Below are positions 38,601 to 46,040 of a stretch of DNA of 64,000 nt, piece after piece. Positions within the stretch are counted from its first letter, which is position 1, and each line of letters starts with the position of its first letter. The notes under the pieces were generated by a model that had not been told where the DNA came from, made no database searches, and saw nothing but the letters and a program-made list of their open reading frames with translations. The stretch lies in the IMG/VR virus record IMGVR_UViG_3300033066_001269, positions 3,426 through 67,425 of that record. One strand, written 5' to 3'. The translations under genes were made by a program, and so were the position numbers. The DNA is from a virus (Duplodnaviria > Caudoviricetes).

Positions 38601-41600
38601 CCAACATCAAGTACGGCGCGCTCTGGGCTGATAACCCGCAATGGCTGTTCGCTCCCTGTTACTGGTTCCAGTTGTCGATGCAGCGGACGTTCCTCTCGGC
38701 GACACGGGCGAAGATCCGGATCATCCGGCCGGAGATCCCAGCGGACTGCAGTTATCAGGTCTCCACCACGCCGATCACCGATAGCCGCAGCGTGGAGGAC
38801 GTGCCGATTAATGACCCGACGGGGCTCCAGGAAATCGAACTCGACTTGTCGGCAGTGCCGGGGACGACCAATTACGTGCGGGCGACATGCGCGCAGGCAA
38901 AGGCGGCAATCTCCTTCACCGCGCCGGATTCGAGCTTAGGAAGCCTCGCGCTTCCGCCCCTGACGGCGTTCAACGTGACGAGCGGTAACATCGCCAACCG
39001 TCAGGACCTCGCCGTGCTTCTCTCTCAATACGTGGTCCCCGCGGGCTCGCCAACCGCGCCGGGAGACACCTTTGCGCCGAGTCTGACGGGATCCACCGTC
39101 AGCACGGCGCCACTGTTGGGAGCCGCCACCTACCAAGCGAACGCGGACCGGACGATCTCTCTCCAGGGCGGTCAGTTTACCCGCCGCTCGAGCGCTTCGA
39201 AGTACTCGGATACCGCGGTCTGGATGTATGCGCAGACCACCTCCGGGAACGCACAACTCGTCCAGTTACCTACGCTGCGGGAGGACGACACCTCCGCGGC
39301 GGCGACTCTTCCCAGCACGGCGCCGTACGGCATGTACCTTGTCTGGGCGCAGAACGAGGACGGCTACAGCAAGCCCGTCCGCATCAATGCGACGGAAAGC
39401 TGGTGGATGGGTCCGACGTATGGCGTGGCGGGAGGATCTGCTTCCATCTACGGCCGCAACCTGACCTACCAGAACGGCGAGGCGACCAGTTACGTGTATC
39501 TCCGCGCCTGGAATACGAGTGGCTCTCTCACCGCCCTGACGGTTACCCGCGCCACCCCGCACAAGGTCACCTTCGCCATCCCCTCCGTCTCCGCCGGCGA
39601 CTACGAAGTCTGGATCCACAACGGGCACGGCGGCGCTTACGGGTGGTCCGGCCCGCATAAGCTGACGGTGGACGCCTCCGCGCGCTACACCTGGGGCGGC
39701 ACTACTCGCAACGTGACCAGTTACGGCGCCATCGCCAACGACGCAGGGGACGACACATCCGCCATCAATGCGGCGATTTCCGCGGCGAGCAATGGCGACA
39801 TCATCTATTTTCCCGCCGGCCGCTATATCGTCACCACCACCATTTACACCAACAAGGCGCTGTCCTTTGAGGGGGTTTCGCGTACAGCCAGCATCCTGGA
39901 GGGGTCCGTCACGATGACCTCACAGACGGCCGTATTCCAACTGGCGGGATTCCCGAGCCGGGTGAAGAACCTCGGCTTCGACTCCAAAACAACGGACCTC
40001 TATAACAACGGGGGCGTGGTCTTCTTCAACGGCAGCAATAAGGCTCCGTCGAACAATGGCGCCGTCGTCGACAACGTGGCGGTGACAACGCCTTCGGGGA
40101 CGACGTACACCGCGATCGGCGCGGACTACCTGAACGACATCCAGGTCACGAACACCACCATCACCGCGGCGGAAGGGTTGTACGCTACCCGCTGTTTCCA
40201 GGTCTTCTTCCAGGGCAATACGATGCGCGGCAATTGGCCCGACAACCAATACGCTGGCCAGGGCATGGTCACGCTGGAAGCGAGTAACGAGGCCGACGTC
40301 AGCGGCAACGATGCGGCGAGCTTCAATATGAGCGCCAGCCCGAAACAAATGTTGGCCCGCTTGTTCATCGCGCAGGGCCACGGGCACGGGAGCACGGGGC
40401 TCCATTACGTCGCGGAGAACACCGGGCGGAATCTTGGCTGCACCACGTACACTTGCGGCGAAGAGATCCTCTTTGAGACGCCAGGAGTGTACTGGGTGGG
40501 CACGGGAACGATGTCCGATTCCACCACCCTCAATACGGCCGCCTCATTCACCGCGAATTACTATGCGGCATTGAGCCGGTCCGTCTACTCCTCCTACGGC
40601 TCCCGGAAGCCCGCACTGCTCTTTATCCAGAGCGGGAAAGGGGCGGGGCAGTGGCGGCGAATTCTCTCGAATACTACGACAGATGTAGTGATCGAGCGGG
40701 CCTGGGACGTGGCTCCGGATGGGACCTCGACCTTCGCCATCATTACAGCCGGCCACCAGGCGGCAGTCTGGAAGAACGACCTTCAGGGCGTGCTGCCCAG
40801 CTTCGCCGGCACCAACATCGGCGTCGCGGCCTATGGCTCCGTGTTTGATTTGTCCATCATCCGGAACACCATCAGTAACATCCCCCGCGGCATCGAGTTA
40901 TCGGGACTGACGTACTCCTCGTGTGCAGCGTCGGGCGGTCCCACCACAACCGACTTCTGCCCGGTTTGGGGCGTCCTGGTCGCGGGTAATACCATCTCGA
41001 ACGTCGGCGCCGGCATCGCGGCATACACCCGCCGGGAGTCGCCGAACGGCTCACTGGGTGAAGTGCTTCGCCAGGTGGTCATCCGCGATAACACCATCAC
41101 TGGAGTGATCACCGGGCAGGGGCAGGGCACTTCCCACGAGGCCGGCATCGTGGTCTCTGACGCCAACGGGGAGCAGTCCTCGACGCCCTGGCAGGTGGGG
41201 ACCGTTCTCGAGCGCAACACCATCACGGACGCCAAGAACTCCATCATCCTTGGCGGGCTGACGGCCGGCATCCCGATCCGTCGGAACTCTCTCATCAATG
41301 CGGGGCTGTACTCTGATTCGAACGGGTTCCTGTTCCAGAACGCGAACGTGGCGGACTCGCTCCTCTACGGCAACATCTATCGGGGGCTGGCCACCAGCTA
41401 CGCCGGCAGCTACCAGCCGGGGTCCGCTCTCCGCCTGTTCAATCGGAACATCGCTTTTGGCGGCGGCGGGACGGCCCAGGTCACCATCTACAACACTGGG
41501 ACATCCGCCTTTACCCCTGCGGCATCTTCAGCCAACGGTTGGTTGACGTACCTTGCCCTTCCAGGGTCTCTCGCCGCGGACAGCATGAGCACGTTCACCG

Positions 41601-41713
41601 CGAAAGGTAGCGTCAGCGGGCTCAGCACCGGCAGTTACAGCAGCACCCTGACCATCTCCGGCGCGACAAAGACCTCTCCCCAGGCAGCGGCGGCCACCAT
41701 CACAGCGCCCTAA
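35603..41713 (+). CDS. About 2036-aa secreted multidomain protein with a polysaccharide-lyase-like beta-helix
   Basis: Likely start ATG 35603; signal ...FAFFAFPLAAA|P; NVTSYGAIANDAGDDTSAINAAI pectate-lyase-3-like motif, beta-helix repeats, Ig-like C-terminus. Confidence 0.75.
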   Translation: MGSKKVLNFAFFAFLAPFFAFFAFPLAAAPDGNAILIGSATAQTGRPVEWSRNFPVSGPLSICEYPKPFLHGVAFPKWQANVKTRWPASTACPGGAVQQAHFWIYTTIGAGAQQEIDFRESSVSCEGGTCGVPMSQSAIQNHMGGAWGASIDAVARPVGSTTLRSVDARALIAAGNYTVRYAGPVATQIVVEDVSTNLASDFGWHDAGSAELLSTIQPTDTTLNIEAPHWANLGRPFTVTMEGEKISICHVDGPGKKMYVGTTNGSDPTCANVAGRGIGGTTAALHYWSGWGRPVFLTQSIYLTAAINAYTEQLPLSDASSIIAPTVLQVGNEKIRVCNKTGNLVTIGTGNWGCSYDANGRTYYGTNIVTDRNWAQYTPVRDWSNSSTIWTDAAAAYQKSLHLTFVITIFPDWAGVGIEYLVSNTWDRAQDQEYDITFYRGPMASRTQVVTKTHVRHVANSFYRIPDNPMSYTGREADRKIWDGALPAALTWDFNLPYLASTRIIPVDHTVRPSQTAVTGVNTTWEASTKCQVEVGSVVAANRDYFGPLARNFEGGGTRGEIGLFLDADLIALGAAGSGLTYSENWAKWVFGSAGCTSLIPAYFRERGTSGTFCAATESSSAPTTKTCTGANLTAAAFGRYLSIDNRPGLSYINAQGNATDMIQPVGWLSYNYINVGDSFSHWPATSYVAYVLSDDLYYERAIQGVGAFVLIQGPFPGWNPSHSPYIQAGTVFRKGSWGILVPFSASDRQVAWMTRGLFWAWYASADGTPEKEYFRHKLKMNAAVRQGQCGITKGALYVPGSGGDPDDYSPWRWGRRVVGFNDTRFPTMCSGTQAVAGYNTEPTYVDQTHVYTLQSWWMIYYLYVSEMLALDNGITEFQYVAEAHGEWFRNLILNPAVKNHFVVDLFRSPHIPCQGETTTFASGCAGQNLNSLETPGTEYLYSSWANFYDYGFTQAAKDRTGFDTDTFAGGGRARVAYGTAALQACLAEDGRAAFRWIRTNIKYGALWADNPQWLFAPCYWFQLSMQRTFLSATRAKIRIIRPEIPADCSYQVSTTPITDSRSVEDVPINDPTGLQEIELDLSAVPGTTNYVRATCAQAKAAISFTAPDSSLGSLALPPLTAFNVTSGNIANRQDLAVLLSQYVVPAGSPTAPGDTFAPSLTGSTVSTAPLLGAATYQANADRTISLQGGQFTRRSSASKYSDTAVWMYAQTTSGNAQLVQLPTLREDDTSAAATLPSTAPYGMYLVWAQNEDGYSKPVRINATESWWMGPTYGVAGGSASIYGRNLTYQNGEATSYVYLRAWNTSGSLTALTVTRATPHKVTFAIPSVSAGDYEVWIHNGHGGAYGWSGPHKLTVDASARYTWGGTTRNVTSYGAIANDAGDDTSAINAAISAASNGDIIYFPAGRYIVTTTIYTNKALSFEGVSRTASILEGSVTMTSQTAVFQLAGFPSRVKNLGFDSKTTDLYNNGGVVFFNGSNKAPSNNGAVVDNVAVTTPSGTTYTAIGADYLNDIQVTNTTITAAEGLYATRCFQVFFQGNTMRGNWPDNQYAGQGMVTLEASNEADVSGNDAASFNMSASPKQMLARLFIAQGHGHGSTGLHYVAENTGRNLGCTTYTCGEEILFETPGVYWVGTGTMSDSTTLNTAASFTANYYAALSRSVYSSYGSRKPALLFIQSGKGAGQWRRILSNTTTDVVIERAWDVAPDGTSTFAIITAGHQAAVWKNDLQGVLPSFAGTNIGVAAYGSVFDLSIIRNTISNIPRGIELSGLTYSSCAASGGPTTTDFCPVWGVLVAGNTISNVGAGIAAYTRRESPNGSLGEVLRQVVIRDNTITGVITGQGQGTSHEAGIVVSDANGEQSSTPWQVGTVLERNTITDAKNSIILGGLTAGIPIRRNSLINAGLYSDSNGFLFQNANVADSLLYGNIYRGLATSYAGSYQPGSALRLFNRNIAFGGGGTAQVTIYNTGTSAFTPAASSANGWLTYLALPGSLAADSMSTFTAKGSVSGLSTGSYSSTLTISGATKTSPQAAAATITAP

Positions 41714-41921
41714 GCGCCTCCAGAATCAACCGCGTCGCCTCCGGGTTCCGGTTCTTCGCCGTATAGACGATATCCAGAATCCGGCGGTCTTCCGTTGGAT
41801 TCACGGAAGCGGCGCGGTCAATCCACTCCTGCATGGTGATCCGCTCGGCGGCGCAGAGCAATTTGATTTTGTGATGGGTAGTGTCCCTAATGGGAAGGGA
41901 CTTCGCTCCCTGGGCCGGCAT
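41700..41921 (-). CDS. Small ribbon-helix-helix-like DNA-binding protein
   Basis: KSLPIRDTTHHKIKLLCAAERITMQEWI pattern; SD GGAGG. Confidence 0.55.
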   Translation of the reverse strand: MPAQGAKSLPIRDTTHHKIKLLCAAERITMQEWIDRAASVNPTEDRRILDIVYTAKNRNPEATRLILEALRAL

Positions 41922-42026
41922 GATTCAAACCCTCCTCTTTTCGGATCTGACGTAATATCTCTTCCCTGATGGCAACGGTGGCTGCGTATTGTTCAGCCAG
42001 TTCCTGTTCCATCTTCGTAATCCTCT

Positions 42027-42509
42027 TCAGTTCCGATAACAAAGCTGGGGGGGGGCAGGTGCGCCAGTTTGGCGCGCTTCAATCTCAGCGAAGGCACGTT
42101 CGGCGACAAGCTCAAGTTGACCTCGTATGCTGCGAAGCATCCGCTTCCACGACGGGTCCTGGACTTGGACGGCAAGCTTGGCGATACGTAGCCACTCCTG
42201 CATGTCGGGCGGGACTTGAGTAGTTTCCAATATAGTGGTCGAGTCGTCAATACCAGAACCTAGCAATTTAACTGGTACTGCATTTCGGTACTGATCCAAC
42301 AAAAATTCGATGGCCGCTTTGCTGTCCAAATTACGCTTAAGTGCTTCACTGGCTACGTTGACAGCCTCCTCAATTACTCCGCTTTCCCACAAAATCAACA
42401 GACGATAAAGAAGCGGCTGCCATTTTTCTCCACGGTTTGCTCGGACGGTATCCAAGCGAGTGAACTCGCCTTCCGCCACGCGCACATTGATCCTCCGCTC
42501 TGGCTCCAT
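42027..42509 (-). CDS. Putative immunity repressor with an N-terminal RHH-like domain
   Basis: RRINVRVAEGEFTRLDTVR...WQPLLYRLL; divergent from the Cro-like gene; SD AGAGGA. Confidence 0.6.
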   Translation of the reverse strand: MEPERRINVRVAEGEFTRLDTVRANRGEKWQPLLYRLLILWESGVIEEAVNVASEALKRNLDSKAAIEFLLDQYRNAVPVKLLGSGIDDSTTILETTQVPPDMQEWLRIAKLAVQVQDPSWKRMLRSIRGQLELVAERAFAEIEARQTGAPAPPQLCYRN

Positions 42510-42545
42510 TCGATTAATCCTCTTTAATGACTCAATCGCTCAAAA

Positions 42546-42579
42546 GAGTCTTGACTCCATGGTTCAATGCCTCCATACT
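42546..42579 (+). promoter_or_regulatory. Rightward sigma70-type promoter with a palindromic operator over the -35 box
   Basis: TTGACT (42551-56), 17-nt spacer, CATACT (42574-79); inverted repeat GAGTC-TT-GACTC (42546-57). Confidence 0.7.
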
Positions 42580-42610
42580 CAGATTCGTAAGGCAAACATT
42601 CGTTAGGTAA

Positions 42611-42814
42611 ATGATGGCACAGACTGAGGAAAAAAAGCTCTGGATACGGGACAACTGGGGGGTTTTGGCGCGTACTGCACGCAAATTTGACCTTTCAGTA
42701 CCCTTTGTCCGCGAGGTGTTTTACGGGCTGTCCGCGAGCAAGGACCGTCGCGTAGAGTCCGAGTTTTCTCGGCTCGGCGCCCCCGGCTTCACGGAAAGCC
42801 CCCAAAGCCAGTAA
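42611..42814 (+). CDS. Cro-like HTH protein
   Basis: 67 aa; LARTARKFDLSVPFVREVFYG HTH; first gene after the promoter. Confidence 0.65.
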   Translation: MMAQTEEKKLWIRDNWGVLARTARKFDLSVPFVREVFYGLSASKDRRVESEFSRLGAPGFTESPQSQ

Positions 42815-42897
42815 TAACCCGTACTCTGCTGCGGATACCCGCTGTAGAGGGTAAGTCGTCGTCACAAAGAAAGAATAAAGTCGGTCGGAGGAAAACT

Positions 42898-43185
42898 ATG
42901 CAATCAAAATCGCAACTGATTGAAAAGGTTAGCGAGAAAGTATCTGTACTAGATCGCAGTACCAACCAGTCCCACACACAAGCACAAGCATCTATCACCG
43001 CAATCACTGTCCACGGTCAAAGGCCAGCGAGCGTGATTCGGCGGAGCGGAGAGAGCCTCAATCAATTCGTGGTCGATATCATTGACCACCTTCAGGTCGA
43101 AGCGCGGAAGGCGTACATGGCCGGATACCGCGCGGGTCGGAACGGTCCTCCGTTGGGACCGGTCGCGATAGGGAGGGCGGCATGA
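42898..43185 (+). CDS. Hypothetical early protein
   Basis: SD GGAGG; 95 aa. Confidence 0.6.
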   Translation: MQSKSQLIEKVSEKVSVLDRSTNQSHTQAQASITAITVHGQRPASVIRRSGESLNQFVVDIIDHLQVEARKAYMAGYRAGRNGPPLGPVAIGRAA

Positions 43186-43610
43186 AGCGGCTCGCGATTC
43201 TCATGGTCAGCTTGCCCCTGATGGCGCAGGAGTGGGGCGCTGTCCATAGCGGCAATATGGCACAGGAAGACCTGTGGGCCGTGCTCCAAAGACAACAGCA
43301 GCAGCGTCCCCGTCGCCACTTCACCCGCGGCATGGCGATCCGCGCCGGCATTCATGTTGGTCTCGCTGCTCTCGACTTCCACAGCACCACCGGGCAGCGC
43401 GAATTGAATCCGCTGATCCGCAACTCGGAGGGCCGCATCAGCGGCCCCCGGTTCCTCGCCGTCAACATCCCGCTCATCGCCGCAGCGATCACGGCGGAGT
43501 ATCTGGAATCCGGAAAACAATCTCGTGCGAAGCGCTTGGCCTGGGCCGTGATCGGCGGCCGCGCCGCGATTGTCATCAACAACTACCGGCTGAAAGGCGG
43601 CGCGCGGTGA
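43182..43610 (+). CDS. Secreted/membrane hypothetical protein
   Basis: Signal peptide MKRLAILMVSLPLMA|QE; hydrophobic segments. Confidence 0.6.
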   Translation: MKRLAILMVSLPLMAQEWGAVHSGNMAQEDLWAVLQRQQQQRPRRHFTRGMAIRAGIHVGLAALDFHSTTGQRELNPLIRNSEGRISGPRFLAVNIPLIAAAITAEYLESGKQSRAKRLAWAVIGGRAAIVINNYRLKGGAR

Positions 43611-43717
43611 GCGAGGACAGAAAGGCGCTCATCTCTCTCGGGCTGGTCGTGGCCGGCGCGATGGCTGCCGTGGCCTATTGGGCTTGGGTAGCTTGGAAGG
43701 CGTTTTGCCATGTCTGA
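43607..43717 (+). CDS. 36-aa single-TM peptide
   Basis: GTGA overlap; LISLGLVVAGAMAAVAYWAWVAW. Confidence 0.45.
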   Translation: MSEDRKALISLGLVVAGAMAAVAYWAWVAWKAFCHV

Positions 43718-43877
43718 ATCGCAGATTGGTTTTCTCGCCGTCTTATTCGGCGCTGTCGGGCTGTACGCGGGATACCTGCTCGGCCGCAACGTCGAGCGGA
43801 AGACGTGGATTGATCACCTGGAGCGGTTGGAGAAAGCCAGCCGCCACGGTGAGCCCTTCATGTACCTGGAGGACTAA
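43710..43877 (+). CDS. 55-aa single-TM protein
   Basis: IGFLAVLFGAVGLYAGYLLG; coupled to both neighbours. Confidence 0.5.
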   Translation: MSESQIGFLAVLFGAVGLYAGYLLGRNVERKTWIDHLERLEKASRHGEPFMYLED

Positions 43878-43931
43878 ATGACCACTGCTTCCCCGCTACT
43901 CCTATCATTGACCAATAAGGAGGTCAATGAT

Positions 43932-45125
43932 ATGTCGCGTCGTCGAGGCCAGCGCACAGGCTGGCTGCGAGAGAAAAGCGGCTCATGGCTGCTCACTTAC
44001 CGCCTCTACGATCAGTGGGGAACGGCAAAGAAGGAAACTGTTACCGTCGGGCCTGCTACAGGACCCGGCAAACTCAGTCAACGTCAAGCAGAACGGCTGG
44101 CGTGGGACCAATACCTCAGCAAGGTCGATCAGATTTCGATTCGCCCGAAGTCTACGATGAGCGTGCTCCAGTTCTGGGAGACGAAGTATTGGCCCTCTGC
44201 GCAACTGCGGCTCAAGAAGAGCACGCGCATCCAGTACGGCGCGCTCTTCAATAAATGGATCCGGGATCGGATAGGGAAGCTTCCACTGGCCATGGTCAGC
44301 ATGGATCATGTCGAAGCGCTTCTTTCCGAGAGTAAGGCCGGCGGACTCGCGCCCGCGAGCGTAAGACACGTTCGTAAAGTGGTCTCGGCCATCTTCACTC
44401 GCGCCAAGAAGGCGCAGTACGTGACGGGTGATAATCCGGCTGGACTGGTGGACCTTCCGGACCCGACGCCAGTCCGCAAGCCTTACGCACTCGAACCAGG
44501 GCAGGCTTCACAGGTCCTGCGGGGCGAAATGCCCGAGCCGTACCGGGAGATGGCGATGGCGGCCCTGCTCACGGGGATGAACGCCTCGGAGCTTTGTGGG
44601 CTCACCTGGGGCTACGTCAATCTGACGGCGGAATACAAAACCTACAACGGAGAGACGATTCCGCCATTCATGATCGCTGTTCGGGAGCACTGGTATCGCG
44701 GCGAGCGCGGGACGCTCAAGAACTCGGAAACCCGTCCTCGCAACCTGCCGGTGTGTGGACAGCTTCTCTCGCTTCTGCGAGAGATGTCCAGGCGTCCGGA
44801 CCATGTGGCGCCGACGAGTCCGGTATTCGCCGCCCGGAACGGAAAGCCGCTCGACGAGCATAACGTTGCGCGGCGCTACCTGAATCCGATCGGCAAGTCC
44901 ATGGGGCTCCCTTATCTGGGGTGGCACATCTTTCGGCACACCTACTCCACTTGGCTGGAGCGGGCCGGCGCGGCCGCCGCGGATCGAATGGCGCTAATGG
45001 GCCACGCCTCCATGGACATGACCGATCGCTACACCCATGATGATCGCAAGCGCATCCAGCGGTCGGCGGAGATGGTGGGGCAGATGTTGTTTGTGATGGA
45101 CGAGCAAGGAGGGAAGGTCAACTAA
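43932..45125 (+). CDS. int: Tyrosine integrase with an arm-binding N-terminus (first catalytic Arg replaced by Asn)
   Basis: SD AAGGAGG 8 nt before ATG 43932; TGMNASEL, WHIFRH, LMGH, TDRY; adjacent to attP. Confidence 0.85.
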   Translation: MSRRRGQRTGWLREKSGSWLLTYRLYDQWGTAKKETVTVGPATGPGKLSQRQAERLAWDQYLSKVDQISIRPKSTMSVLQFWETKYWPSAQLRLKKSTRIQYGALFNKWIRDRIGKLPLAMVSMDHVEALLSESKAGGLAPASVRHVRKVVSAIFTRAKKAQYVTGDNPAGLVDLPDPTPVRKPYALEPGQASQVLRGEMPEPYREMAMAALLTGMNASELCGLTWGYVNLTAEYKTYNGETIPPFMIAVREHWYRGERGTLKNSETRPRNLPVCGQLLSLLREMSRRPDHVAPTSPVFAARNGKPLDEHNVARRYLNPIGKSMGLPYLGWHIFRHTYSTWLERAGAAAADRMALMGHASMDMTDRYTHDDRKRIQRSAEMVGQMLFVMDEQGGKVN

Positions 45126-45126
45126 C

Positions 45127-45867
45127 ATGCAAAACCCGGCAAGTTCTGACTACCAGTTGGGTATAAATGCTCAAGTTTCTGAAGAAAACAAAGCAGTTAT
45201 GAATGACTTCATGTCAGAAGACCTTGCCTCCGGAGCAAGAGGCCAGAGGTTCGAATCCTCTCGGGCGTACCACCCTCTCTCCAAAAATCAACCACTTACG
45301 GGAGCCCTCCAGGAGGGCTCCCCGTCTCCGACCCCTTGCCCGACCGTCGATTCTGGCGAATTCCGCCAACCAATTGGCTTAGAGCGCCCCAGGGCCGTCG
45401 TCGTTCCCCTTTCTGGCGGATACTTCGCATGGGTAGACGAGGACGACTACGAACGGGTCTCGCAATTCAAGTGGTCCCACCACACCAACGGCGTTAACCA
45501 CTATGCGCTGCGGCAGGTAAACAGCAGACCTGTCTACCTGCACCGATTCGTCATGAACGCCCCGGAAGGGGTGTTCATCGACCATCGCGACAACGACGGC
45601 CTGAACAACTGCAAGTGGAACCTGCGGGTATGTTCTCGCAAGCAGAACAATCGAAACCGCAAAACACGCTCCCGGAAAACATCTGACTTTAAGGGCGTAG
45701 ACCTTCGGGCGGGCGGGCGCTGGCGCGCCAAGATCCGCGTCGACGGGAAGTCCATCCACATCGGCCTCTTCGCCACGCAAGAAGAGGCGGCGCGCGCCTA
45801 CGACGTGTCGGCCCGGAAACACTTTGGTGAGTTCGCTTGCTGCAACTTCCCCGAGGTGCGCGCATGA
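45127..45867 (+). CDS. HNH endonuclease with a C-terminal AP2 domain; ORF spans attP
   Basis: YLHRFVM...IDHRDNDGLNNCKWNLR and FKGV...WRAKIRVDGKSIHIGLF...AARAYD. Confidence 0.85.
   Translation: MQNPASSDYQLGINAQVSEENKAVMNDFMSEDLASGARGQRFESSRAYHPLSKNQPLTGALQEGSPSPTPCPTVDSGEFRQPIGLERPRAVVVPLSGGYFAWVDEDDYERVSQFKWSHHTNGVNHYALRQVNSRPVYLHRFVMNAPEGVFIDHRDNDGLNNCKWNLRVCSRKQNNRNRKTRSRKTSDFKGVDLRAGGRWRAKIRVDGKSIHIGLFATQEEAARAYDVSARKHFGEFACCNFPEVRA
45222..45272 (+). other. attP core: 3' half of tRNA-Arg(CCG)
   Basis: Anticodon arm CTTGC-CTCCGGA-GCAAG, T-arm AGAGG-TTCGAAT-CCTCT, 3' acceptor strand CGGGCGT-A-CCA; the 5' half is absent. Confidence 0.9.
45286..45298 (+). promoter_or_regulatory. IHF-consensus site beside attP
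   Basis: AATCAACCACTTA matches WATCAANNNNTTR. Confidence 0.65.
45301..45321 (+). terminator. Stem-loop downstream of the tRNA fragment
   Basis: GGAGCCCTC-CAG-GAGGGCTCC inverted repeat. Confidence 0.55.
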
Positions 45868-46040
45868 GCCGCCCTGGCATCGTCGGGGTCAAGACAGACC
45901 ACCAGCGCGGCGTCATCGCGCTATCCCTCCAGGTCGGCGGACAATTGCTCCAGGCTGACCTCACCGAGGAGCAGGCGAACACAGTTGCCACGTACCTCAT
46001 CAACTGCATCGGCCAGCTTGTGTTCCGGGAGGCGAAGTGA
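45864..46040 (+). CDS. Hypothetical protein
   Basis: ATGA overlap; SD GAGGTG. Confidence 0.55.
   Translation: MSRPGIVGVKTDHQRGVIALSLQVGGQLLQADLTEEQANTVATYLINCIGQLVFREAK

Noticed and set aside
12818-41713. Diversity-generating retroelement acting on fibre genes
   Set aside because: No reverse transcriptase motif and no template/variable repeat pair differing at adenines was seen
43878-43931. Integrase start at ATG 43878 as given in the ORF track
   Set aside because: ATG 43932 has a perfect AAGGAGG at 8 nt spacing and gives a typical integrase N-terminus
45222-45272. Functional tRNA-Arg gene
   Set aside because: Only the anticodon arm to CCA is present; the 5' acceptor strand and D-arm are missing, so it is an att core
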